From positions 40,417 to 104,416 of the forward strand of contig JBNRMN010000089.1 in NCBI GenBank assembly GCA_050309605.1: DNA of 64,000 nt, read 5' to 3'. The translations under genes and the position numbers were made by a program. Each line of letters starts with the position of its first letter. The first letter of the stretch is position 1. The DNA comes from Anaerohalosphaeraceae bacterium (GTDB lineage Bacteria > Planctomycetota > Phycisphaerae > Sedimentisphaerales > Anaerohalosphaeraceae). This document shows positions 27,751 through 35,942 of this stretch, one piece after another. The notes beneath the pieces were generated by a model. That model did not search any database, was not told the DNA's origin, and worked only from the letters and a program-made list of their open reading frames with translations.

Positions 27751-30700
27751 TTATGAGCAGCCCATCGAGTTGCCGCAGTTGTAGCATCGGTAGCAGGTTC
27801 CGTTTCGCACGCAGATGCTGCCGCAGACATCGCAGGCCGGGGCGTCATCCTGAAAGTGTTCAAACTGGTCGTTGAACTGGTGCATCAGGGCCGCTTCGCT
27901 GCCGTCCTGGCCGGTCAGGGTCGAACCGACAATCTGCACGACCCGATCGGACATCTGCCGGGCAAAACGGTCGGGGGCCGGTGCGGCGGCTTTGTGCTCA
28001 GCCGACGGACGAGGGGCCGGGCCGTCCTTTTCCCCGTTGTCGGATTTGTCAGGCGTGTCGGATTTTTTGCCGACGGCTTTGGCCTGGCCGATTTTTTTGG
28101 CCAGATCCTGGGTTTTCTGGACCAACTCTTTGGCGGTGGTCGAGGTCTTGTTTTCGACCGCCGGAGCAGCGCGGTTGGGCGTGTTCTTCTCGGCGTAGCC
28201 GGGGATGAACTGACAGCCCATCCAGCAGAAGATGTAATCGATCAGGCTCTTGGCAAAGGGGATATTCTTGTTGCTGGTCATCCCGGCCGGCTCGAAGCGG
28301 GCGTGTCGGAATTTATCAACCAGCGTAATCAGCGGCACGCCGTATTGCAGCGCCATCGAGACGCAGGTGCCGACAACATCCATCAAGCCTCCGACGGTGC
28401 TGCCCTCCTTGGCCATGGTGATGAATAACTCACCGGGCTGGCCGTCCTCGTATAGCCCCACCGTCAGATACCCTTCGTGTCCGGCCACGGAAAATTTGTG
28501 CGTGATGCTGTGGCGCGTTTCAGGCAGCCGGCGTCGGAACGGACGCGGTGCGGCAACCTCAGCGGTTTTTTGCTTTTTCTTGTCGCCGGACGAGGTTTCG
28601 GTGTTGACCGGCTGGAGCCGCTTGGAGCCGTCGCGGTAGATCGCCACGGCCTTGAGGCCGAGCTTCCAGCCTTCCATATACGCCGAAGCAATCTGCTCGG
28701 CGGTACTTTCTTTGGGCATATTGATGGTCTTGCTGATCGCGCCGGACAGGAACGGCTGCACAGCGGCCATCATTTTCAAATGGGCCTGATAGTGGATATG
28801 GCGGGTTCCGTTTTTGGCCCTAAACGCGCAGTCAAAGACCGGCAGATGCTCCGGGCGCAGCTTGGCGGCGGTTTCGATGGTGTCGTCTTTGTCGATGGTC
28901 TCACAGATGGCGCGGATATCCTCGGGGCCGTAGCCGAGCCGCTCAAGGGCCATCGGGACGGTGCGGTTGACCAGCTTGAGCATTCCCCCGCCGGCCAGGG
29001 TCTTGTATTTGACCAGCGCAATATCCGGCTCGACGCCGGTGGTGTCGCAATCCATCATAAAGCCGATGGTGCCGGTCGGAGCCAGCACGGTGGTTTGGGC
29101 ATTGCGAAAGCCGTGTTGCGTGCCGGCGTCAAAGGCCTCATCCCAGGCGTTCTTGGCCGCACTGAGCAGATCGTCCGGACAGTACATCTCGGGAATGTTA
29201 TAGGCGTGTTCGCGGTGCATCGCGATGACGTTCTGCATCGGCTGTTTGTTCTTTTCGTATTCGGGGAACGGGCCTTTGGTCGCGGCCAGCTCGGCGCTGA
29301 TCGAATAGGCCGTGCCGGTCATGATCGCGGTAATCGCCGCCGCCCAGGCGCGGGCCTGATCGGAATCGTAAGGCATCGCCAGACTCATCATCAGACAGCC
29401 GAGATTGGCATACCCCAGGCCGAGCGGACGGAACCGATGGCTGTTTTCCGCAATGGTCTGTTCGGGATAGCTGCCGTTATCGACCAGAATTTCCTGGGCG
29501 ATGATGAACAGCCGCACGGCGTGTTTGAAACGCTCAATGTCAAATCCCCCATCGTCGGTGCGAAACTTCATCAGATTCAGCGAGGCCAGATTGCAGGCGG
29601 AATTGTCGATAAACATATACTCGCTGCACGGATTGGAGGCGTTGATCGGGCCGGAATGGGGGCAGGTATGCCATTTGTTGATGGTGGAGTGGTATTGCAG
29701 CCCCGGATCACCGCAGACGCGCGTCCCTTCGGCGATCAGCTCCATCAATTCGCGGGCGCTGTAGCTGTCAACCGACTTGCCGGTGGTCACGGCCGTAGTC
29801 GTCCAGGGACCGTCTTTTTCGACCGCTTCCATAAACGCATCGCTGACCCGCACCGACAGGTTGCTGTTCTGGAACATCACACTGCCGTAGGCCTCGTCGG
29901 GCGAGTAGCCCTCTTCGATCAAGGCCCAGGCCTTTTTTTCTTCCTCGGTCTTGCAGGTGATAAACTCTTTGATGTCGGGATGGTCGATCTTGAGCGACTG
30001 CATCTTGGCGGCGCGTCGGGTTTTGCCGCCGGATTTGATGACTGCGGCGACCTGATCATAGACGCGCATAAAACTGAGCGGGCCGGAGGGCTTGCCGCCG
30101 CCGGACAGTTTCTCCCGACTGCTGCGCAGGGTCGAAAGGTCGGTTCCTGTGCCGGAGCCGTGCTTAAAGAGCATCGCCTCGCTGCGGGCCAGACGCATAA
30201 TGTCTTCCATCGTGTCCTCGACCGACTGGATAAAACAGGCCGAGGCCTGCGGAAATTCATAGCTGGTGGTACTGGGAACGGCTTTATTCTGTTTTTCATC
30301 CCAATGGTAGTTGTGCTCGCTGCCTTTGATGCCATAGACATCATGCAGGCCGACGTTAAACCAGACCGGCGAATTGAACGCGCCGTACTGATTAACGCAC
30401 AGCCACGTCAGTTCGTTGTAAAACGTCTCGGCGTCGGCCTCGGACGCGAAATAGCCGTCGCGTCGGCCCCGATCGGCAATCGCCCGACAGACGCGGTGGA
30501 CAAGCTGTTTAACCGAATTTTCCCGCTGGCCGGAGTGGACATCGCCGTAAAAATATTTGCTCACGACAACTTTTGTCGCCAATTGACTCCAAAACGCCGG
30601 CACTTCACAATCGGCCTGTTCAAAAATCACCTTGCCGGCGTCATCGGTAATTTTGGCCTGACGGGCTTCCCATTCGATTTCCTCGAAGGGATGCACACCC

Positions 30701-30822
30701 GGCGTGGAAAAATGCGCGTCTATTTTCAGCCCCGCTGTGCGCGCGGATGCAGGGGCCTTCCAGGGTTGCAGGCCGGAATCGAATGCGTTGGTGTTGTCTT
30801 TGGAAATCCGTTCGTCTGACAT
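27751..30822 (-). CDS. nrdJ: Class II (adenosylcobalamin-dependent) ribonucleotide reductase with TSCPD and C-terminal Zn-ribbon
   Basis: FNSPVWFN, PQASACFI, ASNPCSE, LAPTGTI, SGAISKT; C-term CDVCG...CYNCG; GGAGG RBS before ATG 30822. Confidence 0.95.
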   Translation of the reverse strand: MSDERISKDNTNAFDSGLQPWKAPASARTAGLKIDAHFSTPGVHPFEEIEWEARQAKITDDAGKVIFEQADCEVPAFWSQLATKVVVSKYFYGDVHSGQRENSVKQLVHRVCRAIADRGRRDGYFASEADAETFYNELTWLCVNQYGAFNSPVWFNVGLHDVYGIKGSEHNYHWDEKQNKAVPSTTSYEFPQASACFIQSVEDTMEDIMRLARSEAMLFKHGSGTGTDLSTLRSSREKLSGGGKPSGPLSFMRVYDQVAAVIKSGGKTRRAAKMQSLKIDHPDIKEFITCKTEEEKKAWALIEEGYSPDEAYGSVMFQNSNLSVRVSDAFMEAVEKDGPWTTTAVTTGKSVDSYSARELMELIAEGTRVCGDPGLQYHSTINKWHTCPHSGPINASNPCSEYMFIDNSACNLASLNLMKFRTDDGGFDIERFKHAVRLFIIAQEILVDNGSYPEQTIAENSHRFRPLGLGYANLGCLMMSLAMPYDSDQARAWAAAITAIMTGTAYSISAELAATKGPFPEYEKNKQPMQNVIAMHREHAYNIPEMYCPDDLLSAAKNAWDEAFDAGTQHGFRNAQTTVLAPTGTIGFMMDCDTTGVEPDIALVKYKTLAGGGMLKLVNRTVPMALERLGYGPEDIRAICETIDKDDTIETAAKLRPEHLPVFDCAFRAKNGTRHIHYQAHLKMMAAVQPFLSGAISKTINMPKESTAEQIASAYMEGWKLGLKAVAIYRDGSKRLQPVNTETSSGDKKKQKTAEVAAPRPFRRRLPETRHSITHKFSVAGHEGYLTVGLYEDGQPGELFITMAKEGSTVGGLMDVVGTCVSMALQYGVPLITLVDKFRHARFEPAGMTSNKNIPFAKSLIDYIFCWMGCQFIPGYAEKNTPNRAAPAVENKTSTTAKELVQKTQDLAKKIGQAKAVGKKSDTPDKSDNGEKDGPAPRPSAEHKAAAPAPDRFARQMSDRVVQIVGSTLTGQDGSEAALMHQFNDQFEHFQDDAPACDVCGSICVRNGTCYRCYNCGNSMGCS

Positions 30823-30842
30823 AAGACATCCTCCGTGGTAAA

Positions 30843-30890
30843 CCACTATATATAGATTAAGCCTTCTGTTAAAATAACAACATATTGCCA
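30843..30890. promoter_or_regulatory. Tandem NrdR boxes
   Basis: ccaCtAtATaTaGatt (30843-30858) and taaCaAcATaTtGcca (30875-30890) match acaCwAtATaTwGtgt, 32 bp apart, directly upstream of nrdJ. Confidence 0.88.
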
Positions 30891-31292
30891 ATTACTTCTA
30901 CGATATGATACTGTTTGCGGGTTGGCCGACAAGCAAAAAATCAGCGAAAAAATGTGAGATTTTTGTTAGTTCTTGCAGTTATTGAACCTACGGGCATAAA
31001 AAATTTCGCAACGGCTTCAAAGAAGCCGATAGGCCGAGACCTTGTACACCGAAAAAGGCGCAATCACTGCTCTTTTTTTCAGACAGATGAATGTTTATGT
31101 TACAAAAACAAATTGTCTTGGCCTGAATCAAAAAAACTCCTGTGTTTCCTGGATTTAGACGTAAATACTTTGCGTTTTTTTATCAAAACACGAATTTTTC
31201 CCCTCTATTCAACGGAAAATTCTTCATAATAAGAGTAGCTAAGGGTTGCTTTTCGGCGATCCGCGGGGCGAAAATGATGTAGGCAGCACGTT

Positions 31293-31841
31293 ATGGATCA
31301 CAAGAAACAGATAAAAGAAGATAGGATGAGCGTAGAGTTTTTGCGGCTCTTTGTGGAGCATCAAAAATCGATTTATGCGTACATCTTGGCGATGGTTCAT
31401 CAGCCGGCAGACGCCGAGGATATTATGCAGAATGTGGTTACGCTGATGTGGGAGCGGTTTGATGAGTTTCAGCCGGGGACGAATTTCGGGGCGTGGGGTG
31501 TTAAGATCGCACGTTTGAAAGTTTTGGAATATCATCGGGAAAAAAAGCGGGATTTTTCATTTTTTTCCGACGAATTGTTTGATTATTTAAGCCAAACAGC
31601 CTGCGCCAAGGTCGAATCGATGGATGATCGGCTGCGTGCCCTTCAGCATTGCCTGATGAAACTGGACGCCTCAGACCGGCGGCTGATGCAGATTCGATAC
31701 GAAAAGGGGTTGAGCATCAAGCAGATTGCCGGGATGCTCCAGCGGCCGCTGCCGGGATTATATAAAGTGATGGGACGAATTCATCGTGCGTTGGTACGGT
31801 GCGTGAAAATGACGCTGAACGCATGGGAGATGGGTGTATGA
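31293..31841 (+). CDS. ECF sigma-70 factor (Rhodopirellula/Verrucomicrobium type)
   Basis: IYAYILAMV...DAEDIMQ...FQPGTNFGAW; RYEKGLSIKQIA; paralogue of 12861-13406. Confidence 0.92.
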   Translation: MDHKKQIKEDRMSVEFLRLFVEHQKSIYAYILAMVHQPADAEDIMQNVVTLMWERFDEFQPGTNFGAWGVKIARLKVLEYHREKKRDFSFFSDELFDYLSQTACAKVESMDDRLRALQHCLMKLDASDRRLMQIRYEKGLSIKQIAGMLQRPLPGLYKVMGRIHRALVRCVKMTLNAWEMGV

Positions 31842-33541
31842 AGCCGCATGGCGACACCTCCGAACTGGATGAGCTGATCCTGCGAAAGCTGGACGGGTCG
31901 ATCACGCCGAGTGAATATGAATCGCTGGTGCATCTGCTGGAACAGGATCGAGCGGCGGCGGATTATTATGTTGAGTTCGCCCTGCTGTACGCGGCGCTTT
32001 CGGAACCGGGCAAAATCGCCTTTGCACCGGACGCCGAGACGCTGGATCGGAACATCTACAATTCCCTGTTTGCCCAGCTTGCAGAAGAAGAAAGACGTGC
32101 TGCGTCCTCGTCAAGCCGTTGTGCGTCGGAAAAACAACCGGTTCTGATTGAAGGGGTTCGCGAACAGAAAAAACGCATCAAAAGGGATCGGCAAGTCTCG
32201 CGTTTCAATATGTGGTTTACACTTTGTTCCGTTGCGGCGATGCTGCTGGTGATGTGGTATGTTGCCGGCAATCCGCGCCTGGTTCAAATGGATGTGGCAA
32301 CTTTGACCGATTCCGTCGGGGCAGTGTGGGGATCGTCGGAATCGCGTCCAATCGGCGCGCGTTTCAAAAACAATGCCGATCCGGTGTATCTTGCCTCGGG
32401 ATGGGCGACGGTACGGTTTGATTACGGCGCTGAGGTGGTCGTGGAAGGACCGGCTGAATTTACGTTTGTCTCGGCGGAAAAAATTACACTGCATTCCGGT
32501 CGATTGTTTGCCCGTGTACCGTCTCGTGCGGTCGGGTTTACGGTGGATCTGCCCGGCGGCAGTATTATCGATCTGGGCACGGAATTCGGCGTTGTCGCCC
32601 GTTCGGACGGCGGCGATGTGAAGTTGTTTTCGGGCAGCGCGACCCTGCTAACGGGCGCGCAAGGGACGCGCCGCAGCAGCCGTTTGCTTGTTCCGGGAAC
32701 AGCCAACCGCATCTCAGGGGATACCGGACAGGTCCATCGGATTGAGTTGAGTTCCGACGAGTTTGTCCGTCGGATCGATTCGGCGACCGGGATTGTCTGG
32801 AGGGGTCAGCCGCTGGATTTGGCCGATATGGTCGGAGGCGGCAACGGTCTTGGAACCGGCCAGCGGGAAACGGGAATGCATCCTGTCACAGGCCTTCGCG
32901 GCGGCTATCTGTCTGAGGATCGCGCCGCGGACAATCAGTATGTGCAAACGCGCCGGGAGCGTTATATCGACGGGGTCTTTGTGCCGAACGGCAAAACGGC
33001 CCAGACGGTCAGTTCGGAGGGGCATATTTTCACCGATTGTCCGGTAACCAGCGGCCTGTTTTACTCCGAGATTATCCACGGCGCGGGGACATTTCTGTCG
33101 GACTTTACCAACGGCACGCCGCCGGGCACTCTGGAAGACCGGTTCTACGGCACGCCGGAAAATCCGAGCATTTTTATGCACGCCAGTGTCGGTATCACGT
33201 TTGATTTGGATGCTATCCGACGGGATTATCCGGATTTTGCCGCGTGTCGATTCACCGCCGAAGCGGGTATCTCAACGGCGGCGCCGCGTGTGCCGAATGC
33301 AGATATCTGGGTGCTGGTTGACGGCGCCGTCCGATTTCAGAAAACGGGAATTTCGGAAAAAGGGACGGCCTTCTTAATCGACATCGACTTAAAACCGACG
33401 GATCGATTTTTGACGCTGGTGACAACCGACGGCGGCGACGCCGACCGGGGCGTTGATCAGTTGCGATCAACCGACTCCGATTGGTGCGTCTTTGTACGCC
33501 CCACGCTCTTGTCGGATTCAATGAAACCGAAAATACCATAA
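31838..33541 (+). CDS. FecR-domain anti-sigma factor with C-terminal NPCBM/NEW2-like domain
   Basis: ATGA overlap with the sigma stop; LDGSITPSEY, TM helix, IDLGTEFGV, LDLADMVGGGNG, MHASVGITFDL, RFLTLVTTDG. Confidence 0.85.
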   Translation: MKPHGDTSELDELILRKLDGSITPSEYESLVHLLEQDRAAADYYVEFALLYAALSEPGKIAFAPDAETLDRNIYNSLFAQLAEEERRAASSSSRCASEKQPVLIEGVREQKKRIKRDRQVSRFNMWFTLCSVAAMLLVMWYVAGNPRLVQMDVATLTDSVGAVWGSSESRPIGARFKNNADPVYLASGWATVRFDYGAEVVVEGPAEFTFVSAEKITLHSGRLFARVPSRAVGFTVDLPGGSIIDLGTEFGVVARSDGGDVKLFSGSATLLTGAQGTRRSSRLLVPGTANRISGDTGQVHRIELSSDEFVRRIDSATGIVWRGQPLDLADMVGGGNGLGTGQRETGMHPVTGLRGGYLSEDRAADNQYVQTRRERYIDGVFVPNGKTAQTVSSEGHIFTDCPVTSGLFYSEIIHGAGTFLSDFTNGTPPGTLEDRFYGTPENPSIFMHASVGITFDLDAIRRDYPDFAACRFTAEAGISTAAPRVPNADIWVLVDGAVRFQKTGISEKGTAFLIDIDLKPTDRFLTLVTTDGGDADRGVDQLRSTDSDWCVFVRPTLLSDSMKPKIP

Positions 33542-33784
33542 CCATGAATCAAGAAAGGAGCGTGATAAATCGATACAACCAATACGAAGTTCAGATGCGA
33601 CGGGCGGTCCGCCGCAGTGTGTCATAATGTTTGTCAGTGGAGGCTCTATCGATGGAAAGGAGAATGTTATATTAATGGTGTGCGGTAATTGAACTGTTGA
33701 GTTAGGTGGGCAGTTTGTCACGATTGACGGTTGGGGCAAACTGCGGAAAGTAAAAGAAGAATATGGATTAAGGAGACCGGTACA

Positions 33785-35875
33785 ATGAGACACATAACAC
33801 ACATAGTTCTGCTGGTTCTTATGGCCGCAGTCCCGTTGCGGGCCGATCTTGTGAACCGGTACAGCTTTACTTCCGGCCCGGGGGCGATCGATTCTGTGGC
33901 CGGAATGGACGGCACGCTGGAAGGCTCGGCTGCCATCGCCGGCGGTCAGTTGGTTCTGGACGGCGGCGGGTATGCCTCGCTGCCGGCCGATGTGCTGCAG
34001 GATTACACCAGCGCGACCCTGGAGGCGTGGTTTACCGATGAGATGATGTCCGGCTGGGCGCGCGTGTTCGACTTCGGCGACACATCAGACAATGCCGGCG
34101 GATATACCTGGTTTTTCTCGCCCAGCGGTCCGGGCAATGCCCGGCTGGCTCTGAGTACCACGGGGTTTCCCTCGTGGTCGGTCGGCGAGGAACAACTGAA
34201 CGGTCCGACTCTCGAAGCCGGCGTCACGTATCACCTCGTGTGCATTTTTGACGAAGACGGCGGCCAAGAGGGCACCCCGGCCATGCGGCTCTATATTGAT
34301 GGCGAGCTGGTTGATTTTAGCGACGACACCTCGCCGCATCTGCTGGCCAATGTGGCGCGGGTGTATGCTTATCTCGGTCGAGCCACGTATCCGGGAGATC
34401 CGTACCTCCAGGGGCAAATTGATGAATTCCGCATTTATAATGCGCCGCTTGGAGAACTGGATATCTTCTTCAACATGCAGATGGGTCCGGATCGGTATCA
34501 GCCCTGCGTGATTGAGAGTATGACGCCGGCCAACGGCCAGGATCGCGTGCCGCGGATGCCGACATTAGACTGGACAGTCAAAGCGGACTTTGAACCGAGT
34601 GAATTTAATGTCTATCTGGGAACCGATCCCAATATTGCGGATCCGAATTTCACGGGCATTGACGCCTTTCTGATTGCCACAACGGATCAGACAAGCCTTT
34701 CCCTCGATGCCCCTCTTGAGTATTTTACGACGTATTACTGGCGGGTGGATTCTCTGATCGGCGAAGCGATTTATTTGGGTCCGACGCTGTCGTTTACAAC
34801 TGTGGACCGATTGCCGGTGATTACGCAGCAGCCCGAACGCCAGGTGGTCGATCAGGTCGGACAAACGGCTGTCTTTGAAATCGAGGTGTACAGCGAATCG
34901 CCGGAACGGTACTATTGGTACAGAACATTCAACCCTGATGAGATCGACCCCGAAACAGATACGCTGCTGACCGATCCTGATGGTGCATTCTTCCCCGATT
35001 TTGTTATCTCGGATGTGCAGCTCGAAGATGAAGGGTACTACTACTGCCGGATTGTCAATGAAACCGGCGAAATCCTGTCTAATGTTGCCACGCTGGGCGT
35101 CAAACAGATTCTGGCCCACTGGACGCTGGACGGCCTGGTGGGCGGCCGGTACGCCGACGAACTGGGCAATTATCCGGCCGATCCCAACGGCACGCCGGTG
35201 TTTGTTGACGGCGCCAATCCTGACGTGACCGGTCAGGGGGTTGTCATCGATCAGGCGAATGGTTTTGCGACCGCCGGGACGTGGAATCCGTCCGAGTTCA
35301 CCAACCAGTTGACCATCTCTCTGTGGGCCAAGTGGTATGGTCAAACCGACCCGACCACCTGGCAGGGTCTGATCTCCAAGGAAGTCTCCTATGGTGCAGA
35401 CACCATGATGTGGCAGCTTGAAGTCAATCAGGGTTCTCCCTACAACATGGTGTGGAAGAACGGTCTGGAGACCGGCAACCTGACGACCCCGACGCTTCCG
35501 ATCGATGTCTGGGAACACATTGTGGTGACCTGGGACGGCACGGTTGCGACGATCTACCGCAACGGCATTCAGGCGGCCAGCGGCAACTGGCAGCCCGGCA
35601 CGATGCGGGATGCGCCGGTCAACATCGGCATCAGCGCCTTTAGCCCAACCATCAACCTGATGTTCAACGGTGCGCTGGATGATATCCGGATCTACAACTA
35701 CGCCATGGACAGTATGGACATTGCACTTGAGTACACAGGTGTGTCCGGTGATACGGTTTGCTACGACCCTCCGGCATTGGATTATACCGGCGACTGCCGT
35801 GTGACGCTGGACGATTTTGCCGTGTTTGCCTCACATTGGCTGGATTGCGCCATCGTACCGGATTGTATGCCTTAA
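33785..35875 (+). CDS. Secreted LamG/Ig-like protein with C-terminal dockerin-like motif
   Basis: AAGGAG RBS; signal peptide; two LamG domains (WARVFDFG...IDEFRIY; WEHIVVTWDG...LDDIRIY); Ig EDEGYYYC; DYTGDCRVTLDDFAVFASHWLDC. Confidence 0.85.
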   Translation: MRHITHIVLLVLMAAVPLRADLVNRYSFTSGPGAIDSVAGMDGTLEGSAAIAGGQLVLDGGGYASLPADVLQDYTSATLEAWFTDEMMSGWARVFDFGDTSDNAGGYTWFFSPSGPGNARLALSTTGFPSWSVGEEQLNGPTLEAGVTYHLVCIFDEDGGQEGTPAMRLYIDGELVDFSDDTSPHLLANVARVYAYLGRATYPGDPYLQGQIDEFRIYNAPLGELDIFFNMQMGPDRYQPCVIESMTPANGQDRVPRMPTLDWTVKADFEPSEFNVYLGTDPNIADPNFTGIDAFLIATTDQTSLSLDAPLEYFTTYYWRVDSLIGEAIYLGPTLSFTTVDRLPVITQQPERQVVDQVGQTAVFEIEVYSESPERYYWYRTFNPDEIDPETDTLLTDPDGAFFPDFVISDVQLEDEGYYYCRIVNETGEILSNVATLGVKQILAHWTLDGLVGGRYADELGNYPADPNGTPVFVDGANPDVTGQGVVIDQANGFATAGTWNPSEFTNQLTISLWAKWYGQTDPTTWQGLISKEVSYGADTMMWQLEVNQGSPYNMVWKNGLETGNLTTPTLPIDVWEHIVVTWDGTVATIYRNGIQAASGNWQPGTMRDAPVNIGISAFSPTINLMFNGALDDIRIYNYAMDSMDIALEYTGVSGDTVCYDPPALDYTGDCRVTLDDFAVFASHWLDCAIVPDCMP

Positions 35876-35942
35876 CCGACAATTGTCGTGAGTAAAAGCA
35901 AATGAGATGAAAATCCAATATGCTCTATCGAAAGGAGAAATC

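Noticed and set aside
28477..30819. 780-aa plus-strand ORF antisense to nrdJ
   Set aside because: Shadow frame of a GC-rich, codon-biased gene; no motifs; nrdJ explains the region
30823..31292. Cobalamin riboswitch upstream of B12-dependent nrdJ
   Set aside because: No B12-box or GGGAA core recognised; NrdR boxes occupy the leader
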